The notes under the pieces: model-generated | Told to the model about the DNA's origin: nothing | What the model saw: the letters and a program-made list of their open reading frames with translations, nothing else | Databases searched by the model: none | Source: a virus | Reading direction: 5' to 3' (one strand) | Virus record (IMG/VR): IMGVR_UViG_3300022890_000014 | Span: 1 to 64,000 of that record | DNA: 64,000 bases | Part shown: positions 1 through 9,927 of the stretch, piece after piece | Numbering within the stretch: position 1 is the first letter of the stretch | How the letters are laid out: every line of letters begins with the position of its first letter | Made by a program: the position numbers and the translations under genes

Positions 1-1
1 A

Positions 2-343
2 GACCTTCAGTATGCAGACCTGCATGGTGCGGACCTTAGTGGTGTAAACCTTCGTAATGCGGACCTTCGCAATGCAGACCTTCGTGGTGCAGACCTAAAA
101 TGCACAGGCGTCCACTACTTCTTCGACAAGTTTGATACCGTAGCAACGCCAGAGTATGTCAGAGCGGGATGTAAAATGATGCTTAACGGGGAGTTCGATC
201 AGTTAGATGAAGAGAAGGTTAAAGAGATGGATATAGAACAATTCAGCAAAGAAGATGCTGTTGCGTGGTGGAACAAGAATAAGGACCACTTGAAGGAATT
301 ATCCACGAAAGCTAGAGAAGAAGGATGGGCTACTAAGGAGTAG
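2..343 (+). CDS. Pentapeptide-repeat protein, 5'-truncated by window edge
   Basis: Frame 2 reads DLQYA-DLHGA-DLSGV-NLRNA-DLRNA-DLRGA-DLKCTG...VATPEYVRAGC...AWWNKNKDHLKEL and ends at TAG 341-343. Not in the ORF track because it has no start in the window. Confidence 0.85.
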   Translation, partial: DLQYADLHGADLSGVNLRNADLRNADLRGADLKCTGVHYFFDKFDTVATPEYVRAGCKMMLNGEFDQLDEEKVKEMDIEQFSKEDAVAWWNKNKDHLKELSTKAREEGWATKE

Positions 344-382
344 TAGCAAGAAGAGACTTCACATCTCTTTTTATAGTATGTT

Positions 383-400
383 GGTATAAGGATAATAGTG
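383..400 (+). promoter_or_regulatory. Plus-strand promoter-like motif GGTATAAG-N5-TAGTG
   Basis: One of 8 copies with fixed 5-nt spacing, each upstream of a + strand ORF. Confidence 0.6.
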
Positions 401-599
401 CTAGAAATATTAACCATGCGTAAGGCTTACGCAAACAACCAAGGGGTGAATTATGGAATTCAGCTTCGAGAGATGTTCTAAAAATTATGAAGTGGTAAAT
501 GGACACAGAAGACTGGCAGAAGAAGAAAAAGTAACGATAAATAAATAGGGTGTATTAGCGCCATATCCTATTTTTACAACTGAGGTATAGGAGATTGTT

Positions 600-920
600 A
601 TGAGTCAGATAAAATTCACATGTCCAAATACAAGACAGCAAGTAGTATGTGGCTGGGACAGAATGACACAGACGTGTCACCTCACGGTATACGGTCATGC
701 CTTGACCGAGGATGGCGAGAACGAAATTGTCTACTGTGAACTTTGTGGTGGTACGTCTGGCATCAAGCCAATGAAGATGTATCCAACTGTGATAATCACT
801 GTGCTAAAGAATCTGAAAGTCCATATGCCAAGGGAACTGCTCAGAACACTTCAGGATCATGTAGGGTGGGATCTCGGCAACGAGATTGTTGAGTTTACCG
901 CAAAAGATCCGTTAGAGTAG
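600..920 (+). CDS. Hypothetical protein
   Basis: 106-aa ORF with AGGAG SD upstream. Confidence 0.75.
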   Translation: MSQIKFTCPNTRQQVVCGWDRMTQTCHLTVYGHALTEDGENEIVYCELCGGTSGIKPMKMYPTVIITVLKNLKVHMPRELLRTLQDHVGWDLGNEIVEFTAKDPLE

Positions 921-1075
921 GTGTCGTAGAGAAGACTGTAAAAAATAGCAATGCGTAAGCCTTACGCAAACGGAGAAGATTCAATGGAAGCAATAGATTC
1001 ATTGTCTGGCAAAGAAGAGATGACTTCGAGAGAATCTACAGTCATCAGAAAACAGTGATGGGTTGGTAGTCTCTC

Positions 1076-1113
1076 AAGGGCAGCTAGGCTTTATGTTTGG
1101 TTGCCCTTTTTTT
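1076..1113 (+). terminator. Intrinsic terminator
   Basis: Stem AAGGGCAGCTAGGC/GTTTGGTTGCCCTT (with G-U pairs) followed by a T run. Confidence 0.7.
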
Positions 1114-1123
1114 ATAATAAAGT

Positions 1124-1141
1124 AGTATAAGAACTATAGTG
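1124..1141 (+). promoter_or_regulatory. Plus-strand promoter-like motif AGTATAAG-N5-TAGTG
   Basis: Same spacing as the other copies; lies just after a terminator and before ORF 1185. Confidence 0.55.
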
Positions 1142-1184
1142 TTAATAATATTCTAACAATTCTGTTAACCAAAGAGGTAAAGTT

Positions 1185-1715
1185 ATGAGTATACTAATCG
1201 GAATCATAGTGCTATGCAATCTAGTACTACTCTTCGGCATTCTGCTGAGAGTTCAAGATGTTAGAGATGAGCTAATGGAAGTGAAGGGAGAGCAGCGTAA
1301 GTACTGGAACAGCTACCTTAACTCGAATCCGAATGCTCACGAAATAAGTTTGATACCAGAAGATTACGACCTGTCAGAAGATGATATAGCTGACGCACTA
1401 AGCGAGACTGAGCAGTCTGACATGCGTAAGGCTTACGCACAGGATGAGAGTATAGGGAACCACAACGGAAGTCTATACAAGGGACTTGTTGAAAGAGACA
1501 GCAGGCTGAAGAACGCTAGGTTGAACACTTTGACTGAAAGTACAAAACTCAATTCCTGTAAAGAGATTCACGAAGAATCACTGGATGAACAAATGAGAAG
1601 AAATGGTTTTTCCGAAGAAGACATAAAGAAGATGACTGTGCTAGAAAAAGAAGACGCTCTTTTTGTGACACCACATACCGACAAGCTGGAGGTTGAAGAT
1701 GAGAATAAGTCCTAA
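1185..1715 (+). CDS. Hypothetical protein with N-terminal membrane anchor
   Basis: Hydrophobic N-terminus; contains an in-frame palindrome (MRKAYA). Confidence 0.75.
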   Translation: MSILIGIIVLCNLVLLFGILLRVQDVRDELMEVKGEQRKYWNSYLNSNPNAHEISLIPEDYDLSEDDIADALSETEQSDMRKAYAQDESIGNHNGSLYKGLVERDSRLKNARLNTLTESTKLNSCKEIHEESLDEQMRRNGFSEEDIKKMTVLEKEDALFVTPHTDKLEVEDENKS

Positions 1716-2274
1716 GATACTGATAGAGAAGGGTATTCCTCTACAGCATGCGGATATATGGAGGCAAGCCTTTGGTAGTTACAACAGAGCGGTCAAAAAC
1801 ATCACAGTCAAAATGTGGGAGAAATTAATAAGAGAAGCGTCAAAAGTAGATAAGCAATCTTTTATGTGGATAAGATGCATTCTTCACTTAGGGACCGTCA
1901 ACCTTGATGGAATAGACTTGAGTGATTTAGACCTAGCAAACATGTGTCTTAGGGATACTAGTCTTCGGAATGCAAACTTCCGTGGCTCTAAGTTAGAGTG
2001 GATCAATCTTGGAGATGTTGACATTGAAGGCACCGGATGTGAATGGAAGCTTATAGGAAATTGGAGATGCGTTGCCACTCCTGATAACGTGTGGGTTGGT
2101 TGTGAGGAGGCAACTAACAAAGAGACTCAAGATATGACACAGAAGAAAGTTCAAAACATTAGTATTAGTGGAATAGCGAAATCAGAGATAAATAGATGGT
2201 GGCGCATGCACGGCGATGAACTAAAGTCTATGGCTAGAAGGTGTGAGAGACAAGGTTGGCCCAAAGGATTCTAG
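1699..2274 (+). CDS. Pentapeptide-repeat protein, paralog of the ORF at 2-343
   Basis: NLDGI-DLSDL-DLANM-CLRDT-SLRNA-NFRGS repeats followed by VATPDNVWVGC...RWW..H.DELK, as in the upstream paralog. Confidence 0.8.
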   Translation: MRISPKILIEKGIPLQHADIWRQAFGSYNRAVKNITVKMWEKLIREASKVDKQSFMWIRCILHLGTVNLDGIDLSDLDLANMCLRDTSLRNANFRGSKLEWINLGDVDIEGTGCEWKLIGNWRCVATPDNVWVGCEEATNKETQDMTQKKVQNISISGIAKSEINRWWRMHGDELKSMARRCERQGWPKGF

Positions 2275-2277
2275 TAA

Positions 2278-5200
2278 CTAGTAACTTCCATCTTCACCGA
2301 GTCCGAACTCGGCACCGTACATAAACCCTGGAATTGGGTTGCTACCATGTATGCTGCTCTTACCACTAGTGGCAGCAGACTCCATGATTGTTTTCTGGAT
2401 TCCCTCTTGGCCTAGAGCAGCTAACCAATCAGGCTTTACCTGTGGCAGTTGTTTCACGCCATAGAGTTCCGGCTTAATCTTCATGGGGTTTCTTTTTACC
2501 TTTATTTTTTTACCAGTGAGCTTGTCTAGATCTGACAGGCTTATCTTGTGTCCCTTGTCGAATCCATAAGCAGACTCTTCCATCTTGAATCCCACAGCAT
2601 CTTCGGCAGTCATATCAGCCACAGGATTTTTGTTTATATCGTTAGCTAATGACCAAGAAACAATGTCACCTATAGAGAACTCATCGTTTAGACCTGGATC
2701 TTCCACTACTGCTGTATTAGTAGCTCCACGCACAACGACCTCAAAGTTCTTTCTTTTTAGGCTGTTGTCCCCATAGGCGTCCTGAAGCGACTGAACTAGG
2801 AAGTTTTGGGTTGCTCTCATTCCTTGTGTCTCAAGAACATCATAGGGGTCTTTGTATCCAGTGGTAAGTGGATCTCCCTTAGTAACCTTACTTCCTTTTC
2901 TAACTATAGGCTTTTGGCCTACTGGTGTGGTGTACTTCTTTCCAGACACAACAAAGTCGAATCCACCACCAGGAGATTCTACTATCTCTTCAACAACACC
3001 AGTCTTAGCAGATAGCATTGTTTTACCAGGAAGATTCTTCGGCATTTGTGTTAGCTGTTGTATTCTCTTGAAAGAGTCAACTTCTCCGTGTCCAGTCTTA
3101 GATGGCATATCTGAAGTGTTCCAGTACACTCCTCCTGTATGAAATTTCTTCATAGCCTGCTGAGTGAGAGGCTCTCCAATTGACTGACTTGCTATAATGC
3201 CAATAGGAGATCCATTTCCATACGCCTTTCCTTCCTCGTTTGGACCGTAACACTTAGCACATATGCCTACAGCGTTTTTGCACGTCATAGGAGACCTGAC
3301 CCTCATAGTCTTTATCTTTTTCCTCTTTTTGTCTGCAACTATCTGTGGGTCAACGACTCTGTTAGTGCCAATTTCATACCTGTCAATAATCTGAGGATCT
3401 GAGACATCCATCTCAATGCCTTCTTTATCTCCACAATCTGCATTACTTATTGTCTGGTCGCCAACAGCATTAAGCATAAGCTTGTTTTGGTATCCAGGCT
3501 GGGCAGTAGACAGTGCTCTACCGATCATTCCTGCTCTTGCACCATATGAAGAGCCTATGTATTCAGAGACACTAAGTCCTTCAGAGTAACTATTTTCAAT
3601 TGGAATAGGGATAGGTGCGCCAGTATGATCTGATACTATAGTAGGACCACTTATCTGCTGCATAACAGCGCCCTTCTTACTTGTAGCTCCAGACTCAAGC
3701 CATTCATACAGGTTTGAATTCTCTTTACCAAACTTATCTATAACAGGTACAAGCTCTCTGTCAACTATTTTTAGCATCTCTTTTGACTTAGCATCTCTAG
3801 ACTTACTGTCATCACCAGAAATGTTCTTCAGTCTTTTCATGATAGCTTTTCTTTTTGGATCACTAACTGGTCGTATATCATCCATAGTCATAGTCTGATT
3901 GGATGAATATCTATCGCCTAGTTTTCTAAGAGCATCTATGATGACTGAGGCTTTAACCTTGTCTTTCTCAGCTATTGCCATTGCAAGCTTGTTGACTTCC
4001 TTCTTCTTCCAGATAGTGTTGTAGTTCCTGTTTTCTTTAGGAAGCAGGTCATTGATAAGAACTCTACCAGCAACAGTTCTTTTGCCGTTGAACATGACTG
4101 AATCTTTGTAGCTGATGTCTTTATTGTCTATGTCTTTTTTTACATCGTCTACGCTTGCGTAAGCCTTACGCAGATTCTTTCCACCACCTACAGATAGCTC
4201 ATAGATTCCAAGTTGAGCCATGTCTTGAGGAAGGTAGTTCATTATCTTTGCATCGCCTATACGAGCAGGCGTAAACAAGATATTGCTAGGCTTCATCCTG
4301 TTTGCTTCTGCTACTGCCTCTGGGGTGACAGGAACATGAATGTTCATCTGGTCCCCGTCAAAGTCAGCATTGAATCCTTTGACAATCATATTTGGTATTA
4401 GAATAGTCTTGCCTGGAGTTACTTTGGCATTAAATGCCTGAACAGAGTACTTATGTAACGACGGCGCTCTATTCAATATTACAGGTCTCTCATTCATTGC
4501 TTCCTGAAGAGCTTTGTCTACTATGTCATCCTTCTTAACATTAAGTCTCTTTAGAGAGTCTGCCATTGATAGTCCGTATGTCCCAGTCATCTTGCGAACC
4601 AAGAATGGTCTAAATATCTTCTTAGCCATCTCTTTTGGTATAGCTACCTCATCTATTCCAAGATTGGGGTCTGGAGCAATGACACCACGACCTGTTGGCT
4701 CCTGCTGCTTTCTCCACATGTTTCTCTGAATATAACCAGTCTTAGGGGAGTCTCCAGAGAGAGTGGATATAATACCTTTGGCTGGTCTTGTTAGTGCTGT
4801 AGATCCGCTAACACCGACTAGTGCTTCTAATCCCTGGTATAGACTGCCACGGAGATCCTTCTTCATCTCATCATCCATATCATCCATTTCTTTTAGCTGA
4901 TTAGATGTGAGTCCAAGGTCTCTGTAAAGATAGTTGAGAGGGGAAACTCCGAGGTCTCCACTTTGTAATCGATAAACTGGGCGCATCTGCGGAGGAAGCA
5001 CAGCGACATTCTTTGTCATGTATGCTTCTTCTGGTCTTCTGTCTGCTTTCTCTAGGCTGTTGATGTATCGAAGTGTACGGTTATTAGAGTTTCTTGTTGA
5101 ACCCTTCGATCCTTTTATCATTGATTCAGCTTCAATCTTTCTTTCAGCCAAGTCAACGTTTCTAAGAAGGTTAGTTATTCCAGGCCCACCAGTAGCAATA

Positions 5201-8200
5201 AGCGTGTTATCTGGCTCAGTTATCGTATTGATAATCCTTGTCTTGTCGTCAACACCAGGAGCCTTTGCGTAAGCCTTACGCGTGATACCAGTCATGTCTA
5301 GAAGCTGATCTTTCGAGTAAGATTCCAAATCTTCCATAACTGTGCCGTCAGCAGCAACATACTTCTTCCCAGTTACAACACTCTTGTATGTTGAGTCATT
5401 GATACCTGTTAGTTTCTTGATTGGATCTTTGAATAGTGGGTTGGGAAGTTCTTCTGGAAGAGCTATATGCGTCCATCTATCACCCTTGACCCCACCAGTC
5501 ATCTCTGGATCGAACAAACCGCCAACATGTTCTTTGAGACCCTTGCCTCTGAGCATTTTTGGATCAGTTATCTCTCCAGCACTCTGACTAAGAACATCTT
5601 TGTCTCTGATTGGCTCAGTAGAGATCATACTTCCGTTCTTGGTCATGTTGACACCAGCACCGCGAAGCATGGCATCAAACTTGTTCCATGTAAACGGAAC
5701 TTGAGGAGGAGGTGTTTGTTGACCTAGTTGTATTGCTCTCCAGAACTCATCAGATTGCTCTGCCTTATGAGTAGCCATCTCTCTAAGATTATGATTAGCA
5801 CCATGAGATAACATAGACCATGTTGACAGTGGATCGAGAGCTTTAGATCCAGTCTTGCCACCAGTTACAGGTTGTTTGTTTAGGTCATAGCCTTCACCTG
5901 GTTGTCTAGCAGAAAATCCAGATTCCCCAGTCTTAACAAGCTTCATCATGTATTGCTTGCCAGTTGTTATCTCACCCATAGACTTGCCAGTCTCAGGATC
6001 AAATAGCTCTTCGGTCTGCTTCAAGCCTGCATCTTTAAGGAGCTTCATGACGCCAGCATGGTTATCAGAAGGCTTAAAGTTTTCGACCATAATAGGCTTG
6101 CCGCCCTGCTTGTCTGCGACTTTGCCTGTTAAGGTCTCAAGTATCTGAGATGGATTCGTTCTTCCTATTACACCCATTGGGTTGAGGATAACTTCGACTG
6201 CTTCGCCGTTTTTGAACTGAGGCATCTTTGAATCAGGAACTATGGCAGAAATGACGCCTTTATTTCCGTGGCGACCTGAGTTTCCAGACCAGTGACATTT
6301 TCCATTTCTTCTTGTATATAGTATATGGTTTTTTTCTAGCCTAACGCAATAAATCTCATCTTCATAGTATACATACGATTCTTTTTGCCCACTCTGATTC
6401 TTTGAATGTCCATGATTTATTGTGGGGTTATTTTTGAATCTATATACGTATACGTTAAAGCAATCTTTCCATCCATTTTCATACACGGTCTTTTTTATAT
6501 TACTTGCCATGCCAATATGCAAGGTTAGTCTTTGAAAGTCGTCAGCTAATTGCTTAGATGTAGTGCAATATGAATGACCAGTAGATGTCTCAGATCCATC
6601 TCCCCACATCATCCATCTGTATAGAATTTTCAGATATTTTTTATCTAAAGAGAATATCCAGTTTGGTATAAATTTTTGATCGCATAGTCCGAACTGAGAG
6701 AAATACTCTTGAAGTTGGCGTCCGTAAAATATATACCTGGTGTCATTAGAGCATGGAGTCATGCCCCAGAAATCCAATTCTTCTTCAAATAGGATTCTTG
6801 TATGAGGTTTAACTTGGTGTATTACTATCCCGAAGTTTCCCCTTTTTTCATCTTTAAAACAATTTCCTTCTGCAAGATATGCTCCTAGAATGAACATGAA
6901 TTGCTCCATCTCCATATCTATACTTGGCAGTCTACGTGTTCCGTTTTCGCTCTGTCCTGCCCTAACAGTAATGTCTTCATCTATTGAGAAGTAGTCTATG
7001 TCTTCACCAACCCAATTAGAGGCGTTATTTTGAAGTCTATACCTCTTTCCCTTGAGTTGATATGCCTCAGTAAGAGAGTGGTTTTTCGCCCCTCTTCTTT
7101 TTGCAAATACACTATGATTCTCAGTAACAGACATCGACACTTGAGTTGTCTCAACTCTATACATATTTCCAGCATGAGGATAAGCATATGCCTTGTCTAC
7201 AGGTACATACTCAAGGGTGTCTGTTTCTGCATGAAGTGACGCAACTCTATCCTTGGTTGTTACATCAGCTACGTTTTTCCAGCCACCTATGGTTAGAATT
7301 TCATGCTCTTTGTCAAAACAAAGTTTGTCGCCTACCTCAAGTTGCTTAGTTACCTTGATTTGTACCTTGTATTGTCTTGTGTTCTCAACAACATCCATAA
7401 CCTCACCAGGAGATTCATACTCCCATTTTATAGATGCATCCTTCTGAGGCTTTACTAATCCTCTACCAAGCTTCTTCAGAATTCTATCTTCACTAGTATC
7501 TTCAGATAAACGCATGGCTGCGAAGATTGGATCTCCGTAATTGAGAATTTGTCCTTTCTTCACAACACCATTAGCACTAAGCTTTGCAGACTGAGCATTA
7601 GTAATAGAGCCAGGAAATGCTGCCCCATACTTATCTCTGTCATAAATAAAATCGTCACCCTTTGGTGATTTCTCTTCTATCATTTGCTGATGGGTCATCT
7701 TTTTCTGGTAGCCTTCGCTAACCTTGATCCCATCTTCCATTGTGCTACCATCACCAGCCATGTAAGCAACGCTAGTGTTGAGACCTAATGCAAGTACTCC
7801 ATTTTTGGTAAAGTTTAGATCTCCAATGAGACCATTCTTCTCAACCTTGTCTCCAACTTCAACATTAGGAGTGTGATGAAAGAACGACTTTTCATTGAGC
7901 TTGAAGTTATTGTACAGCGGTACTGTTTTGATTCCATCTTTACCGGATATATCAACAGAGTCTTTACCAACTCTTTTTACTATACCTTTTATTGGTGATG
8001 TAGCAGAGAAAGCTCTACCTACTGAACTCTCTACAGTTTCTCCGCTACCAAAGGATGACTGAACAAGTGGAACTTCTGGTTTTAGAACAGGAGTTGTTTG
8101 CTCTGTATGCTTTGATGCAAGAAACGCCCTTCCTCCTGACATAGAATCTAGGAAAGGTACTTGTGCTGTAGCAAACGTAAACACGGACTGCTCAGAAGGT

Positions 8201-9840
8201 ATGATAAAATCTACTTCCGATATTGGAACAATCTTGTCTACACCTTTATGCTGAACCTTTACTTTGCCTTTATGCTTTCCTTTTACTTCTACTTTCTTAC
8301 CACCACCATCTGGGGTGAAATATTGAGAGGTTGTGGCATCTCTAAAGATTATCTTTCCGTCTTCAACCTTGAACTGATCAGGATAAGCAATCTTTTTGTC
8401 GTGAGACTGCACGGCTGATAATTGAACTGGCTTCATGGTTTTATGATTGATGTAGACGCTAGTTAACTCGTTGCCTCTTTTCTCAGCACCGATAGTTAAA
8501 TAGTTTACAGCACCAATCTTTGCAGACTCAGGGGTCTTGATTGGGTCTAGTTTTCCAAGCTCACTAGGATGCAGAGACCTAGCTTCCGTCTTAACCATAT
8601 CTAGGCTACCAAGAGCACCTTCGCCCATGATAGTAGTCTTGTACTGCTCATTGATAAGCTGAATAGGATTGTGTTGCTCTGAACGTTCAGATATAGCAAG
8701 GGAGTTGAAGATACCCTCGGTTAGTTTCTTTATGTGGGGAACAGCTAGAATATCTCTAACCTTATCCTTGCTGTCAATTGCTCTCTTCATTCTAGAAGCA
8801 AGCATCTTCCTGTTGACTTGGAATCTTTCCTTGAAGATGTCCTCTGCTGAATGCACACTTTTAAACATTAGGTTGTCTCTATCGTCAACCTTTTCTCTAC
8901 CTTGTTGTGTTGCTATCAGTCGAGATGAAGCATCCATCAGAGCGCCACTCTCAAGCTTTGCGTAAGGCTTACGCAGTGTGAGCTTTGTCATCTCTGGGTC
9001 AAGAGAGGTGGTGTCGAAGTGCTCGTTCAGCCTTTCGACAGCCTCTTCTTTTGTAATATCAGCAGGAGTGTCGAGGAACTTGTTGCTGAACTTAACTACG
9101 CTCTGGGCTGTCTTTCTTCCGTGAAGAGCTTTGTTAGCATCAGCTACTTCTTTTCCCCAAGACTCAGATATTTCTTCATGACTATGACCCATGCCAATTA
9201 GAACTGGATACAGTGGTATGTTGCTACTTCCAACTTGGATAAGAACGTTTCCTTTCTTATCGTCCATGTGGACTTCCATCTTTCTCCCTCTACCGCCAGC
9301 ACCTAAGTTGATCTGGGTTTTCGGAAGTCCGTTGGCTTGGTTTACCGTGTACACACCTGGCTTGAGTCTAAACTGAGTAGGGAGGTTCCACTCTGAACCT
9401 TTGACAATAAAGGTCTGCCTAGTAGTAAGCTTAGGAAGATCCATAAGCTTGACTTTCTTAGTGGTGTTAATAGTCTTTCCAGTTTCTTTATCTATAAGAG
9501 AGACTTCTCCATAGACTGGAACACCATAGGTTTTATCTTCTAGCTTAGTCTTTTTTTGAAGAGAGTAGTCGTTAGCAGATTTGTTGTCGTCTACCCATAC
9601 CTTATGAAGCTTAAGGGTGTGCTTCTCTCCTTCGACTGGAAAGACAGATGATATTCCTTCTACTGCACTAACCTTAATCTTCTCGAACTGATCGCGGGTA
9701 TCAGTGACATTTCCGTCTTCGACATCTTCAGTGTTATTTTTCTTTGCTTGTTTCTCAAGATAGGACACAAGCGTTTCGTCTCCTCCCCAATCTAGGAATG
9801 AGTAAGACGGGCTTGGGTGCCCATTGCTATATATCGACAT
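2278..9840 (-). CDS. Single-chain DNA-directed RNA polymerase, fused beta and beta' subunits, containing an intein
   Basis: Beta motifs: QFRLKPG, DPIKTPE, GDKL..SGRHGNKG, ILNPMGVIGRTN. Beta' motifs: VLPPQMRP, GRGVIAPDP, ILNRAPSLH, catalytic NADFDGD (4351-4371), GIIASQSIGEPLTQ..MKKFHTGG. ATG at 9840 preferred over TTG 9861. Confidence 0.95.
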   Translation of the reverse strand: MSIYSNGHPSPSYSFLDWGGDETLVSYLEKQAKKNNTEDVEDGNVTDTRDQFEKIKVSAVEGISSVFPVEGEKHTLKLHKVWVDDNKSANDYSLQKKTKLEDKTYGVPVYGEVSLIDKETGKTINTTKKVKLMDLPKLTTRQTFIVKGSEWNLPTQFRLKPGVYTVNQANGLPKTQINLGAGGRGRKMEVHMDDKKGNVLIQVGSSNIPLYPVLIGMGHSHEEISESWGKEVADANKALHGRKTAQSVVKFSNKFLDTPADITKEEAVERLNEHFDTTSLDPEMTKLTLRKPYAKLESGALMDASSRLIATQQGREKVDDRDNLMFKSVHSAEDIFKERFQVNRKMLASRMKRAIDSKDKVRDILAVPHIKKLTEGIFNSLAISERSEQHNPIQLINEQYKTTIMGEGALGSLDMVKTEARSLHPSELGKLDPIKTPESAKIGAVNYLTIGAEKRGNELTSVYINHKTMKPVQLSAVQSHDKKIAYPDQFKVEDGKIIFRDATTSQYFTPDGGGKKVEVKGKHKGKVKVQHKGVDKIVPISEVDFIIPSEQSVFTFATAQVPFLDSMSGGRAFLASKHTEQTTPVLKPEVPLVQSSFGSGETVESSVGRAFSATSPIKGIVKRVGKDSVDISGKDGIKTVPLYNNFKLNEKSFFHHTPNVEVGDKVEKNGLIGDLNFTKNGVLALGLNTSVAYMAGDGSTMEDGIKVSEGYQKKMTHQQMIEEKSPKGDDFIYDRDKYGAAFPGSITNAQSAKLSANGVVKKGQILNYGDPIFAAMRLSEDTSEDRILKKLGRGLVKPQKDASIKWEYESPGEVMDVVENTRQYKVQIKVTKQLEVGDKLCFDKEHEILTIGGWKNVADVTTKDRVASLHAETDTLEYVPVDKAYAYPHAGNMYRVETTQVSMSVTENHSVFAKRRGAKNHSLTEAYQLKGKRYRLQNNASNWVGEDIDYFSIDEDITVRAGQSENGTRRLPSIDMEMEQFMFILGAYLAEGNCFKDEKRGNFGIVIHQVKPHTRILFEEELDFWGMTPCSNDTRYIFYGRQLQEYFSQFGLCDQKFIPNWIFSLDKKYLKILYRWMMWGDGSETSTGHSYCTTSKQLADDFQRLTLHIGMASNIKKTVYENGWKDCFNVYVYRFKNNPTINHGHSKNQSGQKESYVYYEDEIYCVRLEKNHILYTRRNGKCHWSGNSGRHGNKGVISAIVPDSKMPQFKNGEAVEVILNPMGVIGRTNPSQILETLTGKVADKQGGKPIMVENFKPSDNHAGVMKLLKDAGLKQTEELFDPETGKSMGEITTGKQYMMKLVKTGESGFSARQPGEGYDLNKQPVTGGKTGSKALDPLSTWSMLSHGANHNLREMATHKAEQSDEFWRAIQLGQQTPPPQVPFTWNKFDAMLRGAGVNMTKNGSMISTEPIRDKDVLSQSAGEITDPKMLRGKGLKEHVGGLFDPEMTGGVKGDRWTHIALPEELPNPLFKDPIKKLTGINDSTYKSVVTGKKYVAADGTVMEDLESYSKDQLLDMTGITRKAYAKAPGVDDKTRIINTITEPDNTLIATGGPGITNLLRNVDLAERKIEAESMIKGSKGSTRNSNNRTLRYINSLEKADRRPEEAYMTKNVAVLPPQMRPVYRLQSGDLGVSPLNYLYRDLGLTSNQLKEMDDMDDEMKKDLRGSLYQGLEALVGVSGSTALTRPAKGIISTLSGDSPKTGYIQRNMWRKQQEPTGRGVIAPDPNLGIDEVAIPKEMAKKIFRPFLVRKMTGTYGLSMADSLKRLNVKKDDIVDKALQEAMNERPVILNRAPSLHKYSVQAFNAKVTPGKTILIPNMIVKGFNADFDGDQMNIHVPVTPEAVAEANRMKPSNILFTPARIGDAKIMNYLPQDMAQLGIYELSVGGGKNLRKAYASVDDVKKDIDNKDISYKDSVMFNGKRTVAGRVLINDLLPKENRNYNTIWKKKEVNKLAMAIAEKDKVKASVIIDALRKLGDRYSSNQTMTMDDIRPVSDPKRKAIMKRLKNISGDDSKSRDAKSKEMLKIVDRELVPVIDKFGKENSNLYEWLESGATSKKGAVMQQISGPTIVSDHTGAPIPIPIENSYSEGLSVSEYIGSSYGARAGMIGRALSTAQPGYQNKLMLNAVGDQTISNADCGDKEGIEMDVSDPQIIDRYEIGTNRVVDPQIVADKKRKKIKTMRVRSPMTCKNAVGICAKCYGPNEEGKAYGNGSPIGIIASQSIGEPLTQQAMKKFHTGGVYWNTSDMPSKTGHGEVDSFKRIQQLTQMPKNLPGKTMLSAKTGVVEEIVESPGGGFDFVVSGKKYTTPVGQKPIVRKGSKVTKGDPLTTGYKDPYDVLETQGMRATQNFLVQSLQDAYGDNSLKRKNFEVVVRGATNTAVVEDPGLNDEFSIGDIVSWSLANDINKNPVADMTAEDAVGFKMEESAYGFDKGHKISLSDLDKLTGKKIKVKRNPMKIKPELYGVKQLPQVKPDWLAALGQEGIQKTIMESAATSGKSSIHGSNPIPGFMYGAEFGLGEDGSY
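6280..7320 (-). mobile_element. Intein (347 aa) with LAGLIDADG-type homing endonuclease in the RNAP beta GDK..GRHGNKG motif
   Basis: Starts CFDKEHEILT, ends HILYTRRNGKCHWSGN, +1 residue Ser. Block B VTENH. Endonuclease motifs ILGAYLAEG and YRWMMWGDG. Removal restores GDKLSGRHGNKG. Confidence 0.92.
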
Positions 9841-9872
9841 GGGTATACTCCAGTGTTTCAAGGTTGCTACAC

Positions 9873-9913
9873 ATTATAACACATCCCTAGCTATGGGTAT
9901 AAGAGTGGTAGAC
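9873..9913. promoter_or_regulatory. Divergent promoter pair: extended -10 TGTGTTATAAT (-) for RNAP and GGTATAAG-N5-TAGAC (+)
   Basis: 9873-9883 on the minus strand; 9896-9913 on the plus strand. Confidence 0.65.
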
Positions 9914-9927
9914 ATGGAAATCAATTC

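Noticed and set aside
7180-7200. KAYA peptide inside the intein as a palindrome remnant
   Set aside because: Only a 4-aa match with poor DNA similarity; compatible with chance.
2278-9861. Bacterial chromosomal rpoBC fusion (Helicobacter/Wolbachia type)
   Set aside because: No ribosomal-protein neighbours, much shorter and more divergent than bacterial RpoBC, and surrounded by phage structural genes.
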